Source: Chiloscyllium plagiosum
Lineage: Eukaryota
NCBI RefSeq assembly: GCF_004010195.1
Contig: NC_057718.1
Location: 40,563,362-40,604,603, forward strand
DNA: 41,242 bases
Direction of reading: 5' to 3'
The stretch's first letter is position 1. Every line of letters begins with the position of its first letter. The translations under genes and the position numbers were made by a program. Positions 1 through 11,388 of the stretch are shown one piece after another. The notes under the pieces were generated by a model. That model searched no databases. It was not told the DNA's origin and worked only from the letters and a program-made list of their open reading frames with translations.

Positions 1-183
1 CCCCCAAGTCCCTCCTCCCTACCTTTTATCTTAGCCTGCTGGGCACACTTGCCTCATTCCTGAAGAAGGGCTTATGCCTGAAACGTCGATTCTCCTGCTC
101 CTTGGATGCTGCCTGACCTGCTGCGCTTTTCCAGCAACACATTTTCAGCTCTGATCTCCAGCATCTGCAGTCCTCACTTTCTC
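1..183 (+). mobile_element. Penelope-like element pLTR / 3' end (cut by window start)
   Basis: cattcctgaagaagggcttatgcctgaaacgtcg...ctccagcatctgcagtcctcactttctc is the same motif that terminates the RT/GIY-YIG-bearing element at 4696-4830 (reverse complement). Confidence 0.85.
55..92 (+). ncRNA. Minimal hammerhead ribozyme motif in PLE pLTR
   Basis: CUGAAGA (60-66), stem II gggc-uuau-gccu, GAAA (80-83), palindromic ACGU then C (GUC triplet). Matches the CUGANGA..GAAA..NUH core; minimal HHRs are an established feature of PLE pLTRs. Confidence 0.7.
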
Positions 184-1689
184 ATCAACCACGGGTACCT
201 TGCCTGGCACTCCTCTATCCATATCGGGAGATGGAAAGCTGTGTTACAAAAAGAGATGGTACTTTTCTTTCTAAAAGATATCAATAGTTTATCCGGTGAC
301 TCCATGTAGGTTATGGAACACCTTTGAACAATATAGTTGACATTCTTCCAAATACAATATAAAGGCCATCTATGCTGGTAACTTAGCAGTAATTCCAAAC
401 AGACCACAGGACTTTTAACAGTGGTTTGATATCCATAAATTGGGAGCCGCTGTTCCCAGCAGAATAATAACTGCATTTTAGAATGAATAGCATTCAACAT
501 AGCTATGGTTTTATTTATGTGAATTTACAAGATTGTCTGTTCTAAGAATACTGAGAGACGATTTATTGTAGCAAGGTTAGTAACTGGAAAACATTCCAAG
601 TGGTTGCACACAATACTCCAGGAATCCCTTCCTGACATATTTTGCTCTTCTTTTCTTTGGTCAGTCATCTGGATCCCACCTGTGGATTATGAGATGTGCC
701 CAGCAATTTATCCTGTCCCACCCAGATAACGTATCACCCAATGGATCAAAAAGAACTTTTATTCTTCCAGATATTATCATGAGGTTTAAGACATGGTTTC
801 CCAACTATGGGTCACAGCCCCAGTTAGTTTTGGAGGTTGATTATTCGGTGTCAAGGTAACAAAGGCAACTGTCAGGCAGGGACTGTGGACAGGATGAGAA
901 ACTTTTCAAATCAATCGTCAATGTGACATCTATTCACTGCCCTCATTGGTTGTTTGCTCAGTGTCCCAATTGGCTGTTCAGTTAAGTGCTCCTTTTAGCT
1001 AATCAGGGATTTTCAGTGACCCAGTTAAAATACTTTGCCTGTGTACTGTGGAAAATGGCAGGTCAACGCTGAGACTGGGCACTGAGACTCATATGCCTAT
1101 ATATGACTCTTAACTCTGAGGTCCCACAGGAGTCTTCAAAACTATATTGGACAAAACCACTTGTCCCCGGTTCACCCAGCAACACGTCTCCAGCTCACCA
1201 TTCTCCCTACTGTTACTCTGGAGTTGCACCAATATTTAAGCATTAAAATAGGCCCCCCATGAAGCTCTTGGGAAGCATGTCATGGTGGTAAATATATTTG
1301 ACATGGCTACCAGAATCATGAATTTGAATTCCTGCCTGCACCAAATCCTGACCCTCTGGCTGATGCCCATTGCAAACCTGCATCTTCTCATTTTCTATAT
1401 GTTCTTCCACCCACTAGAAGCAGCATTAATAACACTCATGTGAAAAGGTGATACTTACTGAGGTTGTTTATTCAATGAGTATATTCAATACGGACTTTGG
1501 CTGATTTTTGAACACTAATGTAATCAAGACACAAGGGAATGGGACTTCAAGTAACAAAGGTAGCTTCTACAGGTGTTAAGCCCTCTACAGCCTAATCGGC
1601 ACTTTGGTTAAATCTAATTGCTATCGCAGTCTCCGAGCCAGAGATATGGGACCAACTGCTTTTTGGGCATTTGCAGAAGTCCCATCAGA

Positions 1690-1800
1690 ATTTGACACAA
1701 TCAGATAGTTAACTGCCTGCCATCAGAACCCTTGGCCAATCGAGGGATGGAAAGCTCTTCAATTCCAGCAATGCCATCAGGAGTTGTGGCTAATCCTTGT
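1690..1800 (+). repeat. Old interspersed repeat of unknown class; related copy on the opposite strand at ~15985-16030
   Basis: ccaatcgagggatggaaagctcttcaattccagcaatgccatc resembles the reverse complement of ggtgccactgctgataatggagagccactggcctctgattg. Highly diverged, boundaries uncertain. Confidence 0.3.
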
Positions 1801-2831
1801 ATAGAAAAAGATCATGGACCAGCCATCATGGAGGAGGCCTTGAATGCAAGTAACTTGGTTGAGCTCGCTGGACCCAGTTGGATAGGCCTCAGGGAAGGTG
1901 GGATATTGTCCGTGGGGTGGGTGAATCATAATAGAGAGTATTGGAACCTCTTTCAACTGTGGAAGGCAGGGGCCCTCCATGGGTCACAGGGTATCTGGTG
2001 AATGTTTTTCCAGTAACAGCTGGATGAAGCCCTTAGCAGCAATAAACATTGTCACATAAGGCACTGAACTGGCCTCCAGATGGGAAGGCATTATTTGTAC
2101 TTCCCTGCCTCTGACTTAATGTCAACAGGGGTCGAGGGTACGGAAGGGGGACGTCAGTGTAATCCACTCTGTGCCCCCTTGCTTCCAGGGTTTTTGTTTG
2201 GTTGGAGAGCTGGTGGTGATTGGGAGCCAATCAAATTATTATTGACATTATCGACAGGAAGTGACAATGGGCATCCTTGCAGATTTATGTAATAAATAAA
2301 CTTGACAATGAGGTTGTCTGGAGGTTGTAGTCTGTTCGATAGGCTAGCCATCACATTCAACTTTTGGAGTTATTTAAACACCATCAGGTAATTTTAATCA
2401 TGCTGTTGTAAATGTCTTATATCTTTAATTCATCAAACATCCCAGTATTAAATCTTCAGCTTAATTACACGACATGACTGACTTAGTCAACGTCCAGAAA
2501 TATTGGAAGTATTTTAGAAATGAAAACTGAAATCCAGAATCTTAATTAATTTTCCTTATGCGGTTTTCCTTTCACAAAGATTTGTTGACTACCCTTTTCT
2601 CTCAGTGTTTTCCAGTTTGTGGTTGGTGGGTTTCATTTTCACTTCCTGTTTACTCATTGGCACAGTTGCAACCACCTGAGCTGTAATCTTTTTTATGAGT
2701 ATGAAATGTGAGCAAATCCGATGAAAGAATAAAACAAAAATTTGCATTTATTCAGGCGTAATGTCTACAGCGTGACAATCAAATGACCCAGTGGAGGCAA
2801 GATTTCTCTGTGTATCTGTATACATATGCTT

Positions 2832-2965
2832 GGAGATAGTGAGGACTGCAGATACTGGAGAGTCGGAGCGGATAAAAAGTGGAGCTGGAAAAAGCACAGG
2901 AGGTCAAGCAGCATCAGAGGAGAAGGGAAGTCAATATTTCAGGTTGGAAGCTTTCATCAGGACTC
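2832..2965 (-). mobile_element. Solo PLE pLTR insertion with 13-bp TSD
   Basis: Reverse complement of the pLTR motif with a decayed HHR core (tcatcag ~2954-2960). Flanked by tatacatatgctt (2819-2831) and tatacaaatgctt (2966-2978). Confidence 0.8.
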
Positions 2966-3354
2966 TATACAAATGCTTTACATTTAAAAGCACAAAAAAA
3001 GATGAAAAACCATGCCTTCCAACAGTAACTGGTGCTTTTAATCCTCTTAAGGGAAAGTATTAGTATATATATATAGAACATTGGCCTGTGGAAAGCCATA
3101 AAGTGAATTATTATTTTTAGTGCAGGCACAGCATGAAGAGAAACAAGCTATTGGAGAAACAAGCTATGGATTACTTCCTGAATCATTGAACGGAAATACT
3201 CCCCCATTACTCTCCCTTGACAGTGAGGGCAGGTGGGAATTTTCACCTGCTGGAAGATGGGATGGCTTGACTAAGAATCGTCAGACATAGGGGTAGTGAG
3301 TCTGGGATGGAGATGGCAACGGGCTGATACCAACGCAGCCATGCTGAAAATTGT

Positions 3355-3572
3355 AGAACTTTTCACCACAGAGAGCTGTTAAGGCTGAGTCATTCAGGAT
3401 ATTCAAGGCTGAGATAGAAAGAATTTTAATCATATAGAGAATCAAGGGTTACAGGGAAAAGGCGGGAAAGCGTAGTTGAGGGTTAACAGATCAGCCATGT
3501 TCTCATTGAATGAGACAGCAGACTCGATGGGCTGAATGGCCTTCTTCTGATTCTTTGTCTTATGGCCTTATG
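3355..3572 (+). mobile_element. CR1 LINE 3' fragment
   Basis: attcaaggctgagatagaaag...gatcagccatgttctcattgaatg...gatgggctgaatggccttcttctg and a short tandem tail (cttatggccttatg), typical of the CR1 ORF2 end and 3' UTR. Confidence 0.7.
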
Positions 3573-3959
3573 TTAAAAGATCTGTTTCTATTCATACACA
3601 TTTTGGTTTAATTCCTCAGATCACTGCAAAGAAGCCCTCTTCCTCACTCTTTAACCATCCTAACCATCTCTTCTCCTTCATCCCCACCTCCTTTTACTCC
3701 ATCTTCATCTTCCTTTTGAACCCCTAGACTCACTATACTCCATAGCATCCTCAGGCCCCTTACCCCCACTTTCCCTCATCTCCCAAACATACATACACTT
3801 CATAAATAGAAGTCACAGGGCTTGTAATAACTTCTGAAATTTTTGAATAGTTTGATAAATGTAGAAATTAAAAGCCACATGAATAATCATTGCCTTCCAC
3901 GAAAAGCTCTTAAGTCTATCAAAACAGGCAAACAACATTTGAGCTAGCACTAAAATAAG

Positions 3960-4176
3960 ACCAAAAACTGCACATGCTGAGGGATCTGAAACAAAAACAG
4001 AAATTGTTAGAGAAATCCAAAAGGTCTGGCAACATCTGGGGAGAGAAAGCATCATCAATGTTCTGGATCCAGTGACCCTTCATCAGAATTAATTCACTGG
4101 ACCCAAACTGTGGACTCAGCTTTCCCTCTATGCTGCCAGACCTGCTGAGTTTCTCCAACAATTTCTGTTTTTATTT
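3960..4176. mobile_element. Fold-back (inverted) PLE pLTR pair
   Basis: 3989-4035 is an imperfect reverse complement of 4130-4176. Minus-strand HHR core (cccttcatcagaa ~4076-4088) lies at the axis. atttgagc occurs at both 3937-3944 and 4173-4180. Confidence 0.75.
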
Positions 4177-4358
4177 GAGCAACGCTTGAAACAAAAATAG
4201 TTTCTTTATAAGCTAATAAACTATCAAAGCAACAATCTCACATTATCCAGGACAGTATGCAAGCAATTCCTGCATCACGAATTATGAGTTTCCTGGAAAG
4301 CAGTCAGAAGCTATTTATGTCACTTTTAAACAACAAAACAGACAGCTTGTCCTGTTCC

Positions 4359-4644
4359 CATAGAATCCCTATAGTGTGGAAACAGGCCCTTTGCCCCAAC
4401 AAGTCCACACCGACCCTCTGTATCTCACCCATACCCGTTCCCCATTACTTGACATTTACCCCTGATTAATGCACCTAACCTGAACACTATGGGCAATTTT
4501 GCATAGCCAATTCACCTAACCTGTACATCTTTGGATTGTGGGAGGAAATCAGAGCACCCAGAGGAAACCTACATCACCAGAGGGAGAATGAGCAAACTCC
4601 ATACAGACAGTCGCCTGAGGCTGGAATTGAACCAGGTCCCTGGC
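4359..4644 (-). mobile_element. HE1-type (V-SINE) tRNA-derived SINE, 5'-truncated
   Basis: Minus strand reads B-box ggttcaattcc, core gactgtctgtatggagtttgc...ggtttcctc, and CR1-like tail gggcctgtttccacactatagggattctatg. Aligns by eye with 36635-36945 and 38401-38698. Confidence 0.85.
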
Positions 4645-4695
4645 CCCGGTTCTGTAAAGAATGAATGTAAGATCAGAGAACAGTCAATGTTTTCA

Positions 4696-5995
4696 AAGAG
4701 GTGAAAGTGAGGACTGCAGATGCTGGAGATTGGAGTTGAGAGTGGAAAAGTACAGCAGGTCAGACAGCATCTGAGGAACAGGAGAATCGATGTTTCGGGC
4801 AAAAGGCCTTCATCAAGAATGAGGCTAGGAGCCTCAGGGGGAGAGAGAAAAATGGGAGGGGCTGGGCTAAGGGGAAGGTAGCTGAGATCAATAGGTGGAT
4901 GGAGGTGAGGGTAATGGTGATAGGTCAGAGGGGAGGGTGGTGCAGACAGGTGGGAAGCAAGATGGACAGGTAGGACAGGTCATGAGCTGGAAGGTTGGAA
5001 CAGGGATAAGTTGGGGGAGGGGAAACGAGAAATCCACACTGATGCCATGGGGTTGGAGGTTCCTGAGGCAGAAGATGAGACGTTCTTCCTCCAGGTGTCG
5101 GTGGTAAGGGAATGGCAATGGAGGATGGCCAGGACCTGCATGTCCTTGGTGGAGTGGGAGGGGAAGTTGAAGTGTTCTGCCATGGGGTGGTGGGGTTGGT
5201 TGGTGTGGGTGTCCCGGAGATGTTCTTTGAAGCGCTCTGCCAGGAGGCATCCTGTCTCCCCAATGTAGAGGAGACCACATTGTGAGCAACGGATACAGTA
5301 AATGACATGTGTGGAAGTGCAGGTGAAACTTTGGTGGATATGGAAGGTTCCTTTGGGACCTTGGACAGAGGTGAGGAGGGGGGGGTAGGATGATGCAATG
5401 TATGCAGAGGTTGGTGAGGACCATGGAAGTTCTGTCCTTGTTGCAGTTGGAGGGATGGGGTTCAAGGTTTGAGGTGCGGGATGTGGATGAGATACATTGG
5501 AGGGCATCATCAACCATGTGAGGGAAAATTGCGGTCTTTAAAGAAGGGGGCCATCTGGTGTGTTCTGTGGTGGAACTGGTCCTCCTGGGAGCAGATGTGC
5601 AGAGGCAGAGGAATTGGGAATAAGGAATAGCATTTTTACAGGAGGTAGGGTGGGAGGAGGTGTAATCTAGTTGCTGTGGTAGTCAGTGGGTTTGTAGAAG
5701 ATGTAAGTGTTGAGTTGGTCACTGTTGATGGAGATGGAGAGGTCAAGGAAGGGGAGGGAGTTGTCAAAGATGGTCCAGGTGAATTTAAGGCCAGGGTGGA
5801 ATGTGTTGGTGGAGTTGATGTTCAACCTCCTCATGGGAGCATGAAGTGGCGCTGATGCAGTCACTGATGTAACAGAGGAAAAGATGGGGAATGGTGCCAG
5901 GGTAACTACGGAAGATAGACTGTTCCACGTAGCCGGCAAAGAAATAGGCATAACTGGGGCCCATGTGGGTGCCCATGGCTACCCCTTTCGTCTTC
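4696..5995 (-). mobile_element. Penelope-like element, 5'-truncated (RT C-terminal half, GIY-YIG endonuclease, pLTR); frameshifted
   Basis: ORF fragments TKGVAMGTHMGPSYAYFFAGYVEQ (PLE RT motif), FHPGLKFTWTI..LPFLDLSI..IFYKPTD, and FTCTSTHVIYCIRCSQCGLLYIGETG..LAERFKEH (GIY-YIG). pLTR with mutated HHR at ~4785-4820. Confidence 0.93.
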
Positions 5996-7206
5996 ATCAA
6001 CACATTCCACCTCGACCTTAAAAATCACCTGGACCATCTCAGACACCTCCTTCCCCTTCCTGGACCTCTGCAACTCCATCAACGGTGATCGACTCAACAC
6101 AGACATCTTCTACAAACTACTGACTCCCACAGATACCTGGATTACACTTCCTCCCAACCTACCGCCTGTAAAAATGCTATCCCTTATTCCCAATCCCTCT
6201 GACTCTGTCGTATCTGTTCCCAGGAGGACCAGTTCCACCACAGAACACACCAGATGGCCTCCTTCTTTAAAGACCGCAATTCCCCTTCTACGTGGTTGAT
6301 AATGCCATCCTTCACATCTCATCCATTTCCCACACCTCTGCCCTCGAACCCCACCCCTCCAACCATAACAAGGACAGAACCGCGCTGGTCCTCACCTTCC
6401 ACCCCACCAACCTCCGTATACATGGCTTCATCCTCTGTGATTTCTGCCACCTACAAATGGACCTCACCACCAGAGATATATTTCTCTCCCCACTCCTATC
6501 TGCTTTCCGTAAAGACCGTTCCCTCTACGACTACCTCGTCAGGTCCATGCCTTCCCCTCCTGGCACCTTCCCCTGCACCGGTGGAATTGCAAAACCTGCA
6601 CCCACATCTCCCCCCTCACCTCTGTCCAAGGCCCCAAAGGAGCCTTCTACATCCATCAAAGTTTCACCTGTACATCCACACATGTCATTTATTGTATCCA
6701 TTGCTCCTGATGCGGTCTCCTCTACACTGGGGAGATGGGACGCTAATTGCAGAATGCTTCAGAGAACATCTCCGGGACACCAGCACCAACCAACTCCATC
6801 GTCCCGTATCTGAACACTTCAGATCCCCCTTCCACTCTGCCAAGGACATGCAGGTCCTGGGCCTCCTTCACCGTCACTCCATTACCACCTGAAAACTGGA
6901 GGAAGAACCTCTCATCTTCTGCCTCAGGACCCTCCACCCCCCTTGGCATCAATGTGGACTTCACCAGTTTCCTCATTTCCCCTCCCCATGTTATTCCAGT
7001 TCCAACCTTCCAGCTCAGCACTGTCCCCATGACCAGTCCTACCAGTCCATCTTGCTTCCCACCTATCCGCTTCACCCTCCCCTCCAAGCTATCACCATTA
7101 CCCCCACCTCCATCCTCCTATCGTACTCTCAGCTACCTTCTTCCCAGCCCCACCTCCCCTCCCATTTATCTCTCCACCCCCGAGGCTCCCAGACTCATTC
7201 CCGATG
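5990..7206 (+). mobile_element. Penelope-like element arm in inverted orientation (RT thumb, GIY-YIG), ending at the HHR start
   Basis: ORF fragments MASFFKDRN, NKDRTALVLTFHPTNLRI, CFREHLRD..HSAKDMQVLGLLH. Homologous to the reverse complement of 4820-5820. Ends at ctcattcccgatg (decayed cattcctgatg). Confidence 0.92.
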
Positions 7207-7969
7207 TAATGCTTTCATGCAGGTACATGAGCTCTTTTGCAAAGAATGAATGATAGCAATGGTGACCATGAATTTTCAGTCTCATGCTGGGCCAGTCTTC
7301 AATATTATACAATGCAAAATAGCAATGAACTTGAATAATCTATTTAAATGCATCTGAAGATTTCTCCACTTTTGAAATGCTGTTTTATTGCTTGACAGCA
7401 TACCAGTTTTCAAAAGTACTTCATTGACATCTCCCTTTTCCAAATGCACCACTGTCATAATTTATTTTATTAAATTGAGGTACAACTCCCTCTACAGTAT
7501 TTCATGGTGATCTATAAAGGAGGGAACACCTTTCTTACTAACATTTGATTCTTTTCTTATCCTCAGTCCATGGTTCACACCTCCACATTGCAGTTGTAAT
7601 GCGGGAAGCCTTCAAAGACGTGATTGCCTATCTGGGTATTGAAGTTCCTGAAAAGCCCATCTCCAGATGGGGTTGATACAACTTCAGACCAGTAATGTTC
7701 CTAGCCTGCTCCTTTCCCATTCTGCTGAAGGCAAACAAAAATTGGAGGAGAGACAGGACTACTGCCTTCATCGCTCAGTCCCATACTTTCCCTAACGTCT
7801 AACTCTATGCAGTATCAAAATGGGACAACATGATATGGGCCCTTGTACTTATTCTCGAGATGATTGCTTTTAAAGCTGGCAGTCATTGGCTGTCTGAAGT
7901 TGCTCAGGTTTGATACAACTTAGTTGTTTCATGGACCCTTTCAGAGGGCACATAAGAATCGATAATGTT

Positions 7970-8065
7970 TTTTGGCATTGGTATCACAAGCTTTCAGAGG
8001 GCTGCCCCTTTTTCAATGTGACTTTTGACCTTGTCCACCCCAGTCCAACACCAGCCCCTCCATAT
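7970..8065. mobile_element. Decayed pLTR remnant, probably a second PLE family
   Basis: agctttcagagggctgcccc...cttgtccaccccagtccaacacc. Recognised from memory only. Confidence 0.35.
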
Positions 8066-10169
8066 TAGGACTGATGACATGAGGTCCAAATGCCAGATTT
8101 CCTTCACTAAAGGTACCAGTTAAAAAAATGCATTTGGAGAAATACAATAACAGAAGAGAACTAAAAACAATCCAACAAGTTTTAAAGTAATGAAAATTGC
8201 TAAGCTGATTTTATGATGAAGCAATGTTCTCTGCCAAACTAATGTTGCAGTAATTCCTGGTTGTCCATAAGAGTGCAGTACTCACTTACAAATGGCACAG
8301 CAAGTTATTTTGAAAAAACTGGCTGTAGTTATACATTTCAATTCTTTACCTTGATAAAGTTTTGAGCTAAAATGGACAGACTCCCCTCCTCAACTCTGTG
8401 GATATTAATTTATTCATGAAAATGTGCTTTATTCCTATTTGGAAGTGAAACTGGTTCAAAATATTCTTTAACACTAACTATTTTAATCTTCTATTTGTCA
8501 TGCATTTATAGCTTTGTCCGTTATGTTTAGATTGAATCTTTCAAGTGACGCTTGTTGTTGATTTATTGTTAATCTAAATTGTAAATGAGTAGAGGAAACT
8601 TTCTGGCAGTGACTCAGGCTCACGTCTTTAAAGCCTGCAGCCAATACAAACAATAGTAGGGTTAATAAGTGTGTTCTGCAGAAGTTGAACACTTGCTTAC
8701 CTTGTCATTTACTATGTTACTGCACCAGAGCGAGAAAGAACAACATGGTGTTCTTTCCAGCCTTTTCAGTAATATTTGTTCATCATGAAATAAAACAAGA
8801 TTAAATCTTTTTATTTATTCAAAAATAATGTTCTGTAGTTGAATACAGTTGTGCAATTCCCTTTTATAATACATTGGATATTAAAAGATATAAAGGAAAT
8901 TACTCTTGCAGAAATGTTCTGAGAGAAGAGATGGGTGTTGCTTGAAATCTGAAAGGCTCTTTCATTACTCAGCGCCCAAATCATTCAGTCACTTTGTTCC
9001 AGCCTCTGTACATTTCATTTCATCTCCTATGTGTTTACCTATGGAGATTACCTCCTCAGAAGTAATGAAACGGTCTAGGGTTACTAGGAGAACAAACACT
9101 AGGGATACACAGTCATGTACTTTAAATAAAAGTTTGGCACTTCATTTCTCATGCTTGTTTAATTATCTATATAAATTGCATCATGCCCTCATCAACTGCA
9201 TGAAAGGTGCCCTCTGTCATTTGAGTTATTTTAACATTAAATTCATAATTATGTTGCTGTAGTATGCAACTCAAGATAATTACGAAATATTTTGCCAAGT
9301 ACCAACATGATTAATATCATTAGACATCACAAAAAGAACAAGTTCTTCACTGTCTTATATATACAGGTTTTTTGACTTAAACTGTGAGCAGAGACCTCGA
9401 AGAACTGAGGTTCTGTGCAATAAGTGGTATCCATGTAGCACCAGATAACGTCTAGTCAGCCCTATAGTTAATAGCTGAAAGAAAGTCATAACAAGAGATC
9501 ACATTTTCAAGTAATTTACTGTAACTAAAGGCTATAAGCTCTATTGCCTAAACACTATCTTTGTTGGCAACATATTCACCATATCCTTGTTATCTGTAGG
9601 ATACAGACCTCATGTCGATAACACAAATATGTGGACAGCACTATAATTGAAATCCCCCATTTACTGCAAGACAGTGCTTTTCATAGGGGCCTGTCAATTA
9701 GGGAAAAAAAATGAGGTCTTGGGCCAATTTGGTGAGTAGATGGTTAGCAAATCTATGTGTAATGAGGAATGAATGTACTTTAACCCACAGATCTGAATTG
9801 CTATTCTTATTTTTAAAGCACACCAGAAATCCCGTTTTATAAATATACTTTACATTTTACTTTAAGTATTCATTCAGTTTTCCTGAAATCTGTTCAAGAT
9901 GAATCTTAGCTCCCGAGGGATTACTTATTTTTTGTTTTCAACTATAACTTTAACCCCAGAACTGTCCTTCATGGTGAATGTATTACTGGGTATCCTCCCT
10001 TCTGTACAAACTATTGAATCTTTCAGCTTTATTTTAATGCCTCACCAATTTGATCTTTTCAATCCAAGCAGATGTTTTCACCTGTCTTCAAGTGTGGTGA
10101 ACCAAGGAGACTGTTGACATTTCGCTGCTCTTCCTCTCCAGGACCCTGGTAGATTAACCCATCTGTGAC

Positions 10170-10756
10170 ACATATCTCTGAAGAGACAAATGAGTTCACA
10201 TTTCAAGCCCAATGTCTGATTTTCAGCGGGGGGTGGGGTGAGAGGGAGAGGTAGGCTGGATTTTTTTATATACTGTTCACAAAGGAGGAAGAACAAGTGA
10301 ACCAAATAGTGAGGATGTCCAGATCAAAAGACAAATGAAGTGCTAACAACAGTACAATTGTTAGTTAAATGCAGAATAGGTGTTGATGGTGAATGTTAAT
10401 AGCAGAAAATAGGGAACAAATCCATGCAAAGGCAGTGGAGGGAGGTAGGGTATAATAAAATAGAGGACAGTGTACACAGTTTGAAGTTATTGAATTCAAT
10501 GTTGATTTTTGAAGACTGTAAAGTGCATAAGTGGAAAGTGAGATGCAGTTCCCCTGGCTTGCTTTGGGCTTTATTGGAACACTGCCATAGGTTGAGGACA
10601 GGAATATGAGCATGAGAGAAAGGTGGTATCTTGAAATGAAAATTAAGTCAGGATCATTGTTACGAACAGGATAGAAGTGTTCTGTAAAGTGGTCACCCAG
10701 ACTATACCTGGTCTTGCTAATGTAGAAGAGATTATGTTGTGAGACGTGAACACAGT
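10170..10756 (-). mobile_element. Old decayed Penelope-like element, 3' part (host of the CR1 insertion)
   Basis: Minus strand at ~10675-10755 translates YCVHVSQHNLFYISKTRYSLGDHFTEH, a decayed GIY-YIG matching YCIRCSQCGLLYIGETGCLLAERFKEH. Left boundary approximate. Confidence 0.65.
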
Positions 10757-10979
10757 AGAGTCATAGAGTCATAGAGATGTACAACATGGAAACAGACCCT
10801 TCGGTCCAACCTGTCCATGCCCACCAGATATCCCAACCCAATCTAGTCCCACCTGCCAGCACCTGGCCCATATCCCTCCAAACCCTTCCTATTCATATAT
10901 CCATCCAAATGCATCTTAAATGTTGCAATTGTACCAGCCTCCACCACTTTGTCTGGCAGCTCATCCCATAGAAAATTGC

Positions 10980-11008
10980 TTCCCTGACCAGGAATCGAAC
11001 CTGGGCCG
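10980..11008 (-). pseudogene. tRNA-Glu 3' fragment, copy 1 (T arm and acceptor strand)
   Basis: Minus strand cggcccaggttcgattcctggtcagggaa versus vertebrate tRNA-Glu(CTC) 3' end cggcccgggttcgattcccggtcagggaa (recalled): 2 mismatches, both CpG transitions. Confidence 0.8.
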
Positions 11009-11027
11009 AAAATCCACTGAAAATTGC

Positions 11028-11056
11028 TTCCCTGACTGGGAATCGAACCCGGGCCG
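11028..11056 (-). pseudogene. tRNA-Glu 3' fragment, copy 2
   Basis: Minus strand cggcccgggttcgattcccagtcagggaa, 1 CpG-type mismatch. Followed by gcaattttc rather than CCA. Confidence 0.82.
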
Positions 11057-11063
11057 AAAAGGG

Positions 11064-11095
11064 CTGATGAAGGGCTGATGTCCGAAACGTCGATT
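11064..11095 (+). ncRNA. Minimal hammerhead ribozyme motif, intact core
   Basis: CUGAUGA 11064-11070, stem II gggc/gucc, GAAA 11084-11087, ACGUC to 11091. The 5' strand of stem I is replaced by the captured sequence. Confidence 0.7.
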
Positions 11096-11388
11096 TCGAA
11101 GCTCCTTGGAAGCTGCCTGAACTGCTGTGCTCTTCCAGCACCACTAATCCAGAATCTGGTTTCCAGCATCTGCAGTCATTGTTTTTACCTAGCTCATTCC
11201 TTCCACATACCACCCTCTGTGTGAAAACGTTGTCCCGTATATCTCTTTTATATCTTTCTGCTCTCACCCTAAACCTATGCCCTCTAGTTCTGGACTCCAC
11301 GACCCCAGAGAAAAGACTTTGTCTATTTATCCTATCCATGCCCCTCATAATTTTGTAAACCTCTATAAGGTCACCCCTCAGCCTCCGA

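Larger units (their letters stand above)
10968..11190 (+). mobile_element. Chimeric insert in CR1: two antisense tRNA-Glu 3' fragments plus HHR-bearing PLE pLTR
   Basis: TSD agctcatccc (10958-10967) / agctcattcc (11191-11200). 42-bp units at 10971-11012 and 11019-11060. pLTR at 11061-11190. Confidence 0.8.

Noticed and set aside
174..500. 108-aa minus-strand ORF
   Set aside because: No recognisable domain, and it terminates inside the pLTR.
4888..7253. Many overlapping Pro/His/Ser-rich ORFs as host genes
   Set aside because: Alternative frames and antisense reads of C-rich Penelope sequence.
7567..7680. Acceptor-like ttttcttatcctcag followed by a short open frame
   Set aside because: No recognisable peptide, no convincing donor and no partner exons.
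10971..11060. Direct repeats as a CRISPR array or functional tRNA genes
   Set aside because: Only two units with a 6-nt spacer in eukaryotic DNA and no cas genes. The tRNA match lacks the 5' half, A box and anticodon.
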